Shown piece by piece: positions 38,369-48,142 of a stretch of DNA of 64,000 bases. The stretch is from NCBI GenBank assembly GCA_024572335.1, contig GCA_024572335.1_3052.1. One strand, written 5' to 3'. A program made the position numbers and the translations under genes. Source of the DNA: a phage. Each line of letters opens with the position of its first letter. The stretch's first letter is position 1. The notes below the pieces were generated by a model. That model ran no database searches and was not told the DNA's origin. It saw only the letters and a program-made list of their open reading frames with translations.

Positions 38369-38854
38369 TCAAGTATTGTAAAACATTTGATTCAATCGCT
38401 TATATTGCCGAATCTTTTGGTCAGAAAAAGAAATTTGAGTTTCAAGCCATTCAATGTACTCTGCGGCAGCTTGCATTAAATTTCCTTCATAGCCATCGTT
38501 ATTTTCTTGTGCAGCTAATTTAGCTAATGCGTATGGAATACGTTCACCTTGAAAATCGGCTTTAGGCTTCTGAACAACTTGATTAGTTCTCTCTACAACT
38601 TCTTCAATTTCGCCATTTTCGACTGATTCAGTATTCCACAAGCACCAATACGTAATTGGCTTATCGTAGATATTAATAATCTTTCCATCAGAAAGTTCAA
38701 TTTCAATAATTCCAGTAACAGGTTCTATATCATCTTCACATTCTTTTGCAAGTTCACGAACTTTAAAGACAGTACCTGCACTAAGTTCCGGCCAGTAATT
38801 ACACAGCCCTGTATCAGCACGATTAATTCTAAACCACTTATCTACTGTAATCAT
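38369..38854 (-). CDS. Hypothetical protein at the T4 pin position
   Basis: Track ORF starts at TTG 38872; ATG at 38854 gives 161 aa (T4 Pin size); own early promoter. Confidence 0.5.
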   Translation of the reverse strand: MITVDKWFRINRADTGLCNYWPELSAGTVFKVRELAKECEDDIEPVTGIIEIELSDGKIINIYDKPITYWCLWNTESVENGEIEEVVERTNQVVQKPKADFQGERIPYALAKLAAQENNDGYEGNLMQAAAEYIEWLETQISFSDQKIRQYKRLNQMFYNT

Positions 38855-38904
38855 GTCCCATCTCCATATCAATTAAGTCATTTATCGTTGGTTCATTATA
38901 TACT

Positions 38905-38934
38905 GTTTCTTCATCAGTGTAAACCGGTTCTTCC
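38905..38934 (-). promoter_or_regulatory. Early-type promoter upstream of the pin-position gene
   Basis: GTTTAC, 16 nt, TATATAAT; SD GGAGA. Confidence 0.5.
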
Positions 38935-38976
38935 GGCTCTGGCTCTACAGTTTCCCATCTAGCCGCCCACCAAGGT

Positions 38977-39147
38977 TTAACCCCGAAGCTTATTAAGTTC
39001 TTCATAATCAATCCAGGATTCTAATCCTGATGGCAGGTCACATTCAATTTCCCAAAGAAGTTCTTCAATTTTATGAAGACGATCTAATTCTTCAACAGGA
39101 ATAGTAACCATTGATGGAGCTCTTGCTGCACTAATATCGTATATCAT
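38977..39147 (-). CDS. Small acidic protein (unlisted ORF)
   Basis: 56 aa hand-translated: MIYDISAARAPSMVTIPVEELDRLHKIEELLWEIECDLPSGLESWIDYEELNKLRG. Confidence 0.3.
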   Translation of the reverse strand: MIYDISAARAPSMVTIPVEELDRLHKIEELLWEIECDLPSGLESWIDYEELNKLRG

Positions 39148-39149
39148 AT

Positions 39150-39365
39150 TTACCCCAATTTAACCATACAATCGCCATATTTCCACTTAGAAATAGACTT
39201 TTCACCATTAGAATAATAAACTTCGAGTTTAGCACGATTATTTTTAATTTGAATAACCTTGGCTGTCATCAAAGTTCCATACCCATAATAAACTGCAACT
39301 TCATCACCTACATATACCGCGCTTCCGCGGTAATCATGAATATAGTCAGTTCCTTCAAGCATCAT
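39150..39365 (-). CDS. Hypothetical small protein
   Basis: 71 aa ATG ORF overlapping nrdC stop. Confidence 0.4.
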   Translation of the reverse strand: MMLEGTDYIHDYRGSAVYVGDEVAVYYGYGTLMTAKVIQIKNNRAKLEVYYSNGEKSISKWKYGDCMVKLG

Positions 39366-39625
39366 TTAAAATATTCTCGCAATTGGTCAAATCCACCAAT
39401 ATGACTTCCATCAGGAGCAAATACCTGAGGCATTGTCAAGCCGATTTGAGTATCACGACCTAGTTTAGTCAGAAGCTCAGCAATTTTCTCATCATCAAAA
39501 ACACCTTTTTCTGGCATAATGTTGATAAATTCAAATGGCTGTTTCTTCACGGTCAAAAGACGTTTTGCATTATCGCAATACACACATTTATGGATGTTGC
39601 TATCATAACCATATACTTTAAACAT
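39362..39625 (-). CDS. nrdC: Thioredoxin/glutaredoxin NrdC
   Basis: 87 aa; CVYC redox motif; size matches T4 NrdC. Confidence 0.7.
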   Translation of the reverse strand: MFKVYGYDSNIHKCVYCDNAKRLLTVKKQPFEFINIMPEKGVFDDEKIAELLTKLGRDTQIGLTMPQVFAPDGSHIGGFDQLREYFK

Positions 39626-39626
39626 A

Positions 39627-39884
39627 TTATTCCTTAATTCCTAGTACTTGTTTAAAAGTCTCGTCGTAATCAAGACTTTGGCCCGTTTGTTCTTTATGTT
39701 TGTATATAATATCACTTACTTCTGATAGCATATTTTTATATGAACGAGTTAAAGCAGATTTAAGCACGCTGTATCTATCAGGAAATTTACCATGTTCATT
39801 ATAATACGCTATTGCTAATTCACGGACTGCCTTTTCAGCAGTCTCCATATATTCTTTACGCTTTGTCATTTTCTTCTCGGTCAA
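39627..39884 (-). CDS. Hypothetical small protein (start uncertain)
   Basis: 85 aa track ORF with TTG start; internal ATGs at 39869 and 39848. Confidence 0.4.
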
Positions 39885-40173
39885 ATCGGTGTTTACAATG
39901 ACGACATTTATAACGAAGATTACTAGTCTGCCAATGAACTAATTGTACCTGTTCAGTACCGCATTCAGGACAATTAGGAACGCTTTTAGAAGCCCTTTCG
40001 CGACGTTCAACCATAGCCATAATGGCATCCCAAGCTGGAGGTTTAAAATCTAAATCATCACAACCGTGAATCTTTCCACGCATTTCCAGATCGTCTTCTT
40101 CACCAGCCATAATAATTTTAATTAGACTGGAATTACTTGAAGCTGCAATATCTTCTAATAGACGCTTTTTCAT
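39856..40173 (-). CDS. Zinc-ribbon protein
   Basis: 105 aa; CPECG...(18 aa)...CRHCKH four-cysteine ribbon. Confidence 0.45.
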
Positions 40174-41093
40174 TTCAGTACCTCAATAGCATCACGTAAA
40201 CCATTTGCTTTGGCGGTTAAAGCCTTAATAACTTTAGTATGCTCTTCAATCTGTTTTTCAACTTCAATCAAACGGGCACTGAGATATTCGCGTTCTTCTT
40301 TCATAGTATCATTCCCATGATTGGGCTTTGGCGTAGATTTAAATTTACTAGGGTCCTTTAACTTAATAACAACTTTAGTTTCAAACAGTGAAAGACCATA
40401 ATTCGTATTATCATCAAAGGATTCAACTACGTCCATTTTAGACAATAACGTACGAAGATTATAAGTCAAAGAACGAATCGTTTTATTATGTTTATTAGCT
40501 TCGCATGGTTTCATATATGGAAGATTTTTATATATTTCATGTGGAGCACAAACAATAATTGACAATTCAACTGGTCCATTCTGCGATGGAATGAATTTAG
40601 CCGTAACCCAATCTTTTACATTTACATTAATAGTACGGTCATCGCCATGACAAAACAGTCTACGAGAATGCTTAAAAAGCATATTCACATTATTATTAAA
40701 TTCGTGTGAAAACTCACTAGCAAATTTTTCTTTACTATTTTTAGAAAACCATTCTTCTAAATAAGTTCTTTTCACGTCATTAATAATATTAAATGTAACA
40801 ACATTAGCATTTGATACATTAGTCTCAATGTAGCTTGGATACATAAATTTTTTAACATTATTAACAGCTATCACAGAAGATAGTAATCGGGAACGTTTAA
40901 ACCATTCAAGCAAATTGCCTAACGAATGAGAATAAGCGTTTTGAGTATCTTTACAGATATGATTTTCCTGACCAACATATTGAAGGAAATCACGAAGAAT
41001 ATTATTGATTACTGCTCTGTGCCCGATCTGATAATTACGGTGTTTAGTAATAAGACTGTCAAAATAATCAATATAATGTTTACGAGTTTTCAT
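40170..41093 (-). CDS. Hypothetical protein with C-terminal coiled coil (array member 1)
   Basis: 307 aa; last about 40 aa heptad-like [42 protein letters not shown]. Confidence 0.5.
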   Translation of the reverse strand: MKTRKHYIDYFDSLITKHRNYQIGHRAVINNILRDFLQYVGQENHICKDTQNAYSHSLGNLLEWFKRSRLLSSVIAVNNVKKFMYPSYIETNVSNANVVTFNIINDVKRTYLEEWFSKNSKEKFASEFSHEFNNNVNMLFKHSRRLFCHGDDRTINVNVKDWVTAKFIPSQNGPVELSIIVCAPHEIYKNLPYMKPCEANKHNKTIRSLTYNLRTLLSKMDVVESFDDNTNYGLSLFETKVVIKLKDPSKFKSTPKPNHGNDTMKEEREYLSARLIEVEKQIEEHTKVIKALTAKANGLRDAIEVLK

Positions 41094-41145
41094 ATTCTTC
41101 TCACTTGGTTAATGGTTTATACTCCGAGCCATCCTTGGCTTTAAA

Positions 41146-42147
41146 TTACTTAATTAACTGTAAAGCTTGTTCAAGACGATCAAGACGATTAACGGATTCT
41201 TCCCAAATCTTTTTAGCCTGCTCATATTCTTTCTGCGCTTTATTAGAAATTTCTAGAACTTCTTTATAAGCTTTTTCTAGTGCAATAACTTCTGGACGAA
41301 TTTCTACCGGTTCAGGTGAATCGTCAAGATTATCCATTAGTTCCTCAAGGGTAGTTTCTTCTTTAGGAGTATTCACAATTTCCTCACATTTTTGTTGATA
41401 AATTTCTTTATCAGTAGGTGAATAAGCACATTTCACTTCACGAAGACTAATTACAATTTTATATCCTTCCCATCCGCATATATTCTTAAAAGGATATGTA
41501 TGAATATTTTCTACTGTTTCCATACAAAGTAATGCAGTCTCTAACTGACGAGTTATAGTGCTAGCAATTGAGAAAAATTTATTAATATTCTTTTGGTTAG
41601 TTTCTGGTGTAAAAAATCCATAATTCACAAAAATAGCTACTTTATTTTTATCAAGCTCATATTCTTTTACGATAATCATATCAGAAGCCAAAGGATGAAT
41701 TTGACGATAATCGCCATAACATAATTTAGAAGCTGATTTTAGAATTTGTCCTTTGAAAAGTCTGAAATTACTAATCCAACGACGAGTAAAAATATTCTCA
41801 GGGTCTTCTTTATTATTAAGATGATAAGAATTAACATCACCGAACCAATTATATCCTACTACATCTTTAGTTCGTTTAATTTCTTTCCCAAAATTACCAA
41901 GAATATCCCGATTAACCAAATATGAAAGAAGACGAGACTCTTTAAAAGTTTTTTTGATAACATCTTTATCTACACGGCTAGAAATTTTACGAATTTCATG
42001 AATAAATTTAGTAGAAGAAACAATACTTGCATCAACACTATTGAGCCATTGATTGATAATAGAAAGAACGATATTTTGACCAAACATCGGTATAGCTTTA
42101 TCATCAATAACGCTATTGAATGATTTGATATATTCGTTACGAGTCAT
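41146..42147 (-). CDS. Hypothetical protein with C-terminal coiled coil (array member 2)
   Basis: Track start TTG at 42201 lies in a promoter; ATG at 42147 (MTRNEY) follows SD GAGGAG; C-terminal coiled coil. Confidence 0.5.
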   Translation of the reverse strand: MTRNEYIKSFNSVIDDKAIPMFGQNIVLSIINQWLNSVDASIVSSTKFIHEIRKISSRVDKDVIKKTFKESRLLSYLVNRDILGNFGKEIKRTKDVVGYNWFGDVNSYHLNNKEDPENIFTRRWISNFRLFKGQILKSASKLCYGDYRQIHPLASDMIIVKEYELDKNKVAIFVNYGFFTPETNQKNINKFFSIASTITRQLETALLCMETVENIHTYPFKNICGWEGYKIVISLREVKCAYSPTDKEIYQQKCEEIVNTPKEETTLEELMDNLDDSPEPVEIRPEVIALEKAYKEVLEISNKAQKEYEQAKKIWEESVNRLDRLEQALQLIK

Positions 42148-42175
42148 AATAATAATCTCCTCAGTAGAAAGTAAG

Positions 42176-42208
42176 AACATTATACCACATCCTTGTGGCA
42201 ATGTAAAC
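42176..42208 (-). promoter_or_regulatory. Early promoter
   Basis: GTTTAC, 17 nt, tgGTATAAT; SD GAGGAG then ATG 42147. Confidence 0.55.
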
Positions 42209-43227
42209 TAGTTCAGTGCATTTAGTGCATTGTTCAGTTTAGAACGTTGCTTCGTAAGATTTTTGACTTTTTCTTGAGCTTTTTCCAACATCTTTTCAGC
42301 TTCTAGCACTTCATTAGTTGCTTTAACGAGTTCATCATCTACTGCCTTAAGGGACTTCTCAATCGCATCCGCGTGCCATTTTTCAACAGGTTTAAGACTC
42401 GGATTTTCAATAGGAAGAAAATTCACTTTATTGAATTTCCATGCATCTTTATTACCTGAACTATACATCCAAAATTTAGGATCATTTGACGAGTAATTAG
42501 ATAAATTTAAGGTATCTTGTACTTCCTGCTTTTTCTCTTGTGTAACTTCGTCCTTTCTCAAAAAATCGTATTTAAATGAAACGATCATATCAAGTTCATA
42601 TGTTGTTGTGTCTAATTTAAATCGTTCGAAATGCTGTGAAATCTTAGACTGAACTGCAGCAACAACATCCATATACTTAAATGCTTCTGTCAGCTGTGAT
42701 TTAAGGCATTCACAAATTGAAAGAGAATTTTTTGTATTAGGTTTAAAGCTAATTCGTGCAGTTCTATTATTTTCTTTTAATGGTCTTACTTCCATCTGAA
42801 GAGTATAACCATCAAATTTCAGATTCTTTAAGTTAATATCAGAGCCTTTTAATCGACTAGCCGTCGACAAAATTTGCTTTAATTGTTTACGGAATAGAGC
42901 AATAAATCTCCACTCAAGACGATAATGATTTGGATTAAAAAATCCAGATGATAAATCGACCTTACTCTGACCAACACCTTGAACAAACAGAGGATTTTTA
43001 TAATCAATAGTTTTACAGAAATCGGTGAGCTGCTCACGAGCAGTCATTTGTGTAATATACCCCGCTTTACTAAAATGACGTAACCATTCACTGCTATTCA
43101 TATATTTAAAGTGAATATCACGATTAACTTTATCAGGGTCTAAATTATTTTGGCACAAAAATGTCATAACATCACGAGTATAGCTGGCATTACGAACCAT
43201 ATCTTCAATTTGAGAACGAGTTTTCAT
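42208..43227 (-). CDS. Hypothetical protein with C-terminal coiled coil (array member 3)
   Basis: 339 aa; C-terminus LVKATNEVLEAEKMLEKAQEKVKNLTKQRSKLNNALNALN. Confidence 0.5.
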   Translation of the reverse strand: MKTRSQIEDMVRNASYTRDVMTFLCQNNLDPDKVNRDIHFKYMNSSEWLRHFSKAGYITQMTAREQLTDFCKTIDYKNPLFVQGVGQSKVDLSSGFFNPNHYRLEWRFIALFRKQLKQILSTASRLKGSDINLKNLKFDGYTLQMEVRPLKENNRTARISFKPNTKNSLSICECLKSQLTEAFKYMDVVAAVQSKISQHFERFKLDTTTYELDMIVSFKYDFLRKDEVTQEKKQEVQDTLNLSNYSSNDPKFWMYSSGNKDAWKFNKVNFLPIENPSLKPVEKWHADAIEKSLKAVDDELVKATNEVLEAEKMLEKAQEKVKNLTKQRSKLNNALNALN

Positions 43228-43235
43228 GGTGTTCC

Positions 43236-44123
43236 TTAAGATTTAAGTAAATCGACAATTTTAATTAACTTTTCACGCTCAGATTTAGCTTTACTACTCA
43301 ATCCAGATAGTCTGAAAATTTCATCGTCATACTGTTGAATAGAAATATTCAGCTCTTCAATTTGCTTATTAAAATAATCAATTTGTTCAGAATGTTTTTC
43401 ATTACTACGAACTGGTACAGGTTTTGTAGGTAATTTAGATGAACTGGATTCATCCGGGCGATAAATTAAAATACAACTTGAACCAATCGGGCATTTAGCA
43501 CCAGATGAATATTCTAATGTTCCGACTTCTTTTAAAACTTCAAAAGCTAAACAGAGATGATGCCCCATATTAACATAATCTGTAGAGCGAGCTCTGATGT
43601 AATAATCATCTCCGCGAATACTAAATTTAAAGCATTTAAGGTCTTCTGTATTATTGGTCTTAAAAATCATTTGTTTATCTAGACCTTTAGCTAATCGAGC
43701 GCCTAATGCTAATAATCGTCGTTGATTTTCCCACAAATCCGCAATCATTTGGTCAAATGATAATTTCGGCATTAGTCGACCATAAAGGTCGTATCCTTTA
43801 TTATAATTGCGAAGGATTTCACTCGCGTTAATACGAGACAATGCTCCAATTTTATTAAGTGCTTTCATAATGCGATTAGATAAACTCATTCCAGATCCGT
43901 TTGTTCGCTGTAAATGTTTTTCTAATCCAAATCCAATATCAACTTTAAATTTATCTAAAATTTCAGCATGAACATCTCTGTCAATAACATTCAAATCCAA
44001 AGTTGGGTTAAATCTATGAAAAAATTTATCTGGCTCTCCACGACGAAGTACAGTCCATTCATTTAATTTTTTATTAACTAAAGATTTAATTACTGCATTG
44101 ACATTATTAATTACTACTGACAT
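43236..44123 (-). CDS. Hypothetical protein with C-terminal coiled coil (array member 4)
   Basis: Track has TTG start; ATG at 44123; C-terminus QIEELNISIQQYDDEIFRLSGLSSKAKSEREKLIKIVDLLKS. Confidence 0.5.
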   Translation of the reverse strand: MSVVINNVNAVIKSLVNKKLNEWTVLRRGEPDKFFHRFNPTLDLNVIDRDVHAEILDKFKVDIGFGLEKHLQRTNGSGMSLSNRIMKALNKIGALSRINASEILRNYNKGYDLYGRLMPKLSFDQMIADLWENQRRLLALGARLAKGLDKQMIFKTNNTEDLKCFKFSIRGDDYYIRARSTDYVNMGHHLCLAFEVLKEVGTLEYSSGAKCPIGSSCILIYRPDESSSSKLPTKPVPVRSNEKHSEQIDYFNKQIEELNISIQQYDDEIFRLSGLSSKAKSEREKLIKIVDLLKS

Positions 44124-44134
44124 ATTTTTCTCAC

Positions 44135-44539
44135 TCAATTTTCAATTTTACTAAATACACAGAATATGATGGAAAAGACTATATAAGCACCGCATACAGA
44201 TTGAACTAATACCATTCCAAAGAACCAAACAATATTATCAAACAATGTCTGTTTTACGTCGAAAGGACGTAAACTTACAGTAATATTATCGCCTTTTTCT
44301 ATTGATGAATACATCTCTGGTGAAATATATTCACTAAATCTATAACCGTCTTTGAGTTCATATACGGCAATAAACGATAAACTAGACCCCTTTCCTTGAG
44401 TTCCTGTAAGGGTATTAACTACAGTAACATCATAATCTTTATAATGCATATAATCATTAATTGCGTAATAACCATATGCAATTACTACACATAAACAACA
44501 TATCAATAAATTCAATCTTTTAATTATCAACTGTTTCAT
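44135..44539 (-). CDS. Membrane protein
   Basis: 134 aa; N- and C-terminal hydrophobic helices. Confidence 0.45.
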   Translation of the reverse strand: MKQLIIKRLNLLICCLCVVIAYGYYAINDYMHYKDYDVTVVNTLTGTQGKGSSLSFIAVYELKDGYRFSEYISPEMYSSIEKGDNITVSLRPFDVKQTLFDNIVWFFGMVLVQSVCGAYIVFSIIFCVFSKIEN

Positions 44540-44594
44540 AATAATCTCAATTAAAAGGGCTTAGAACCATTATACCATCCTTGGTATAAAGCGG

Positions 44595-45122
44595 TTATGC
44601 GAGTACCGTCTTTAACCGTTCTTCAAACTTCCGAAGAGTATTTTGGCGTTCAGCTCTTTGCTTTTTGTAAGTTTCAATACGCTCTGAAATGAGAGTGTAT
44701 CGCTCATTTACTGATTCTTTCATAAAATCAGGAATTTCACGAGAAGCTTTAATCTCGTCAAATTTATCAATAACAGCTTGCTCTTCAGCAATTAAGTTAT
44801 CATACATTAAAATATCTTTCTTGATAAACTCAATATCTTCTTGAGTTACACGAGATAATTTAGATGCTTTATCCTTTTTGTACTGTTCGTTAGTATCACG
44901 AGACCAGTGTAATGTACGATTTTTATTCGTGTTCTTGTAAATTTCTACAATACCAATCTCATCGATAATAACGATCCAATTCCAACGGGATTTGTAAATT
45001 TGTCCTCCATCAACAGTGATTTCACCACCGATTGAGACATCATTAAAGAACTTGCTTTGAGCTTCAGATTTAAATTTACCATCGTTATAATTTATCAGGT
45101 TGAAAATATCTTTAGCGTTCAT
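44595..45122 (-). CDS. Hypothetical protein with helical C-terminus
   Basis: 175 aa; strong SD GGAGG; own early promoter. Confidence 0.5.
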   Translation of the reverse strand: MNAKDIFNLINYNDGKFKSEAQSKFFNDVSIGGEITVDGGQIYKSRWNWIVIIDEIGIVEIYKNTNKNRTLHWSRDTNEQYKKDKASKLSRVTQEDIEFIKKDILMYDNLIAEEQAVIDKFDEIKASREIPDFMKESVNERYTLISERIETYKKQRAERQNTLRKFEERLKTVLA

Positions 45123-45146
45123 TTTTGTTCCTCCGTAGTTGATAGT

Positions 45147-45179
45147 TGCATAGTACCACAGAGGAACGGTCTTGTAAAC
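45147..45179 (-). promoter_or_regulatory. Early promoter
   Basis: GTTTAC, 17 nt, GGTACTATG; SD GGAGG. Confidence 0.5.
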
Positions 45180-45181
45180 AA

Positions 45182-45484
45182 CTAAAAGAAACTTCTTTCA
45201 CAATTTTTTCCACTGAACCAAGCGCTCACTGCTTTCTTAGTCTCAGGAGCAGTGTTATCCATAAACCATTCAAAGGCAGCCTTTTTATGATTCTGGAGGG
45301 CTTCTCGGGCTTTAATCTGCTCACGGTCTATTAACACTAACATATGAGCCTTTCTTGTCACCAAAGGCTTCTTATGATTTTTTGAATACTCCCAATCATT
45401 TGTCCAACGCATTGTCGTTGCGAACTGATGAACCGCGTCTTTAATTTTAGTTTCATAAATTTCACGAGCTTTTGAGTATAACAT
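45182..45484 (-). CDS. Hypothetical protein
   Basis: Track ORF 45182..45496; ATG at 45484 follows SD GGAGG. Confidence 0.4.
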   Translation of the reverse strand: MLYSKAREIYETKIKDAVHQFATTMRWTNDWEYSKNHKKPLVTRKAHMLVLIDREQIKAREALQNHKKAAFEWFMDNTAPETKKAVSAWFSGKNCERSFF

Positions 45485-45585
45485 CTTTACCTCCATTTAC
45501 CAGTTTAATTCTAGTCATCTTTTTAATGGCAGTCCATATAATCTATTTCTGAACTGCCTTTTTGTCTTAGAAGTCCTCTTATGAA

Positions 45586-46554
45586 TTATTTCAGAAGAGT
45601 AACCTCAGCGATTTCTTCCCAACCGTTTTTGTCGGTCATAATAAAGTCAGCAAGATAAAGCGCAGTACGCAGTGAAACATTGCGTAAACGATTAACATTG
45701 ACTTTCATCCATGATAATGCTTTATAAGTTTCTTCATCAGAAAGACCGCGCTTTTGCATCATGTCAGTTGAAAGAATAACATCTTCAACCCTGACCATAA
45801 TTTCTTCATTAGTGTGAACACCCAAATCCAAATAAACTGAGCGGGACACTAATGCTTGTAAATGCGGAGCAAGTTTAGTACCACGGTCTAATTCGCGGTC
45901 AATGTCAACGTTTGTGATAAAAACAATCGTTCCTTTAAATTCAAACTCACGCTCAATGCCTTTTTCTTCTAAGTAAGAAGATGTGGTGCTCCAGCAGACT
46001 TTACGGGTCTCTCCAGTGTCCAGAGCAGCTTTCAGAAGATTAAGAATGTCCATATCAGAGAAAACATCCACATCATCAATCAAAAGGACAGAATTCTCTT
46101 CACGATTATTCCAAAGCTGTTCATAAAGACCAATACCAGAGATTTTACCATTAATGCTTTTATATTCAATGTATCCAATATCATTTGCTTTATTTAAAGC
46201 TTTATCTAAAGAATACGTTTTACCAATACCCGCCGCACCAGAGATAATTAATGAACGAATGTTTCCGTTAATAATACCATTCGTCATCATTCCCATAACA
46301 TTAAATCTTTTATTAATGCGGGTTTTCATATCTTCATACGATTCTTTAACTTCTTCAACTTTTACACCATCATATGAAATGTCTGATTTATAAACCCAAA
46401 CACCGCGACGTTTACCGTCAATTTCAACAAAAACTTTACCATCTCCTTGTGCATCTACCGGAGCATTATCTGGGAACCATTCGCCTAAGAGCTCAAAAGT
46501 TCCAGAGATTTCTTTACCGAAGTAGATACCCTTATTGATAGTTACAGTTTTCAT
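45586..46554 (-). CDS. AAA+/P-loop ATPase
   Basis: Walker A GAAGIGKT, Walker B VLLIDDVD, sensor-1-like TIVFITN; ATG at 46554 with SD GGAGA (track start is TTG). Confidence 0.6.
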   Translation of the reverse strand: MKTVTINKGIYFGKEISGTFELLGEWFPDNAPVDAQGDGKVFVEIDGKRRGVWVYKSDISYDGVKVEEVKESYEDMKTRINKRFNVMGMMTNGIINGNIRSLIISGAAGIGKTYSLDKALNKANDIGYIEYKSINGKISGIGLYEQLWNNREENSVLLIDDVDVFSDMDILNLLKAALDTGETRKVCWSTTSSYLEEKGIEREFEFKGTIVFITNVDIDRELDRGTKLAPHLQALVSRSVYLDLGVHTNEEIMVRVEDVILSTDMMQKRGLSDEETYKALSWMKVNVNRLRNVSLRTALYLADFIMTDKNGWEEIAEVTLLK

Positions 46555-46586
46555 TTTATTCTCCAAATCCGTATCAGTTGATAGTT

Positions 46587-46618
46587 GTATAGTACCATAA
46601 AGCTTTATGCTTGTAAAC
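46587..46618 (-). promoter_or_regulatory. Early promoter of the repeated promoter-leader cassette, upstream of the AAA+ ATPase
   Basis: GTTTAC, 17 nt, GGTACTATAC; conserved leader and SD GGAGA. Confidence 0.55.
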
Positions 46619-46648
46619 CGTTTTGTGAAAAATTTTTGAAATAAAAAA

Positions 46649-46666
46649 GGGAGCCCGAAGGCTCCC
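46649..46666 (-). terminator. Intrinsic terminator after the nucleotidyltransferase-like gene
   Basis: GGGAGCC-UUCG-GGCUCCC followed by U6. Confidence 0.8.
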
Positions 46667-46668
46667 TA

Positions 46669-47682
46669 TCATTTATAATAACTTCGGTGGTTTTCAAGAT
46701 AAACCCTCTCAAGGAAGTCATCCCAAAAACCCATGTCTACTTTTTGCTGCATACCGTTCTTAGAAGCTTCAATAGATGCTGCTTCTACTTGATCGACCAC
46801 ATCTTCCAAAAACTCTTGAACAGTTTTAAATGGGTGTTTACCCAGCTTCACGTCGAGAATAAATGGAGCGTCTTGAAGTGGATAGACTAAGTCACCAGTT
46901 TTGTAAATTTCCAATAGTTGGAGTCCACCACGACAAGCATGACTCAGAGCTTTCCAGTCAATGCCCTCATTCGCTTCAGCCTTACGAGCACGTTCGCCGT
47001 ATTCAGCATCAAGTTTATTCAAAGACTGCTTAAGCTCAATAAGAGAAAGTGTTGTCTGATATTTACGACCCAACACAGTGTAGAACGTTTGTGGACCGGT
47101 TTTCTCATGATTATGGAATACCCATTCACAAAACTCGTTTTCAGGGAGTCGGTGTTTGATATCTTCTACCTTAGTTCGGCGTAAACGATCTGGAATTCCC
47201 TCTTGGTAATCAACCCACTGGTCAGGGATTTGATTAACTACTTTCAATACATCACGTAATGCGGCCAAACGAGAACCCTTGACACCGTATTTAGAAGCTT
47301 GCTTGCGGACATATCCTAAATAGGATTTCATGTTAGTCGTATAAAAACGAGAACGGTTGTCTTGAATAAACTTCCACACATCAGGCAAATCAGATTTAAC
47401 CACTAGTTCAGGTGGAGTGTGAAGCATATCCAATGCTACAGTTTCACCATCTGCTGCTAATTTAAAGAAATATTTAAGACTGTATAGTTCATGGTCAATA
47501 TCATCTTTAGTGTTTTTAGATGATGTGTTGTTAGTGTTTTTACTCATGTGCTCTTTGACATTTCCGATAAGAATATCGCGGGCAGGAGGAACAAAGATTT
47601 CTTTAAAATCTACATCAGATTCTGGGGTAGAAGTTCCATAAAGATGACTACCAAAATAGCTTTTCATTACTGTTTTCATCAT
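46669..47682 (-). CDS. Pol-beta superfamily nucleotidyltransferase-like protein
   Basis: 337 aa; N-terminal hG[GS]x9DxD motif YFGSHLYGTSTPESDVDF and downstream VALDML acidic motif. Confidence 0.55.
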   Translation of the reverse strand: MMKTVMKSYFGSHLYGTSTPESDVDFKEIFVPPARDILIGNVKEHMSKNTNNTSSKNTKDDIDHELYSLKYFFKLAADGETVALDMLHTPPELVVKSDLPDVWKFIQDNRSRFYTTNMKSYLGYVRKQASKYGVKGSRLAALRDVLKVVNQIPDQWVDYQEGIPDRLRRTKVEDIKHRLPENEFCEWVFHNHEKTGPQTFYTVLGRKYQTTLSLIELKQSLNKLDAEYGERARKAEANEGIDWKALSHACRGGLQLLEIYKTGDLVYPLQDAPFILDVKLGKHPFKTVQEFLEDVVDQVEAASIEASKNGMQQKVDMGFWDDFLERVYLENHRSYYK

Positions 47683-48140
47683 TCAGCCTTATATTCAATA
47701 ACAGGACATACTTTAGCTTTACGAGCTTTTAAAAATTCAACGATAATCGATTTCTTGGGTTGAATAGGAGGTAAACCTTTATTTTTCCTATCAATGTTTT
47801 CTACGTGTAAAGCATAATCCTTTTTCCATTTATAATCTTTATATTTTTCACGCAAATGTGCAGGAATAACAAATGAACCGATAATAAGTAAAACAACCAA
47901 AAGCGCAAGTATAAATGCCGATGGAAGAAGAGCCCATAAACTACCGAAAATAAGCCAACGTTGTAGGCTTTCTGCACAAATAATTGTTAACCCTACGAGT
48001 ATAGCACACCCAAAAATAGAAACGAAAAATGTAGGTATGGCAATAGACCAAAAATATGCGCATAGTGTCTTAGGTCGTTGCCATTCATCGTTAAACAATT
48101 TGAATAATTTATAGTGCCAAGAGTTTTCATTAATAATCAT
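47679..48140 (-). CDS. Membrane protein, translationally coupled to the nucleotidyltransferase-like gene
   Basis: 153 aa; 2-3 predicted TM helices; stop overlaps downstream start. Confidence 0.5.
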   Translation of the reverse strand: MIINENSWHYKLFKLFNDEWQRPKTLCAYFWSIAIPTFFVSIFGCAILVGLTIICAESLQRWLIFGSLWALLPSAFILALLVVLLIIGSFVIPAHLREKYKDYKWKKDYALHVENIDRKNKGLPPIQPKKSIIVEFLKARKAKVCPVIEYKAE

Positions 48141-48142
48141 AA

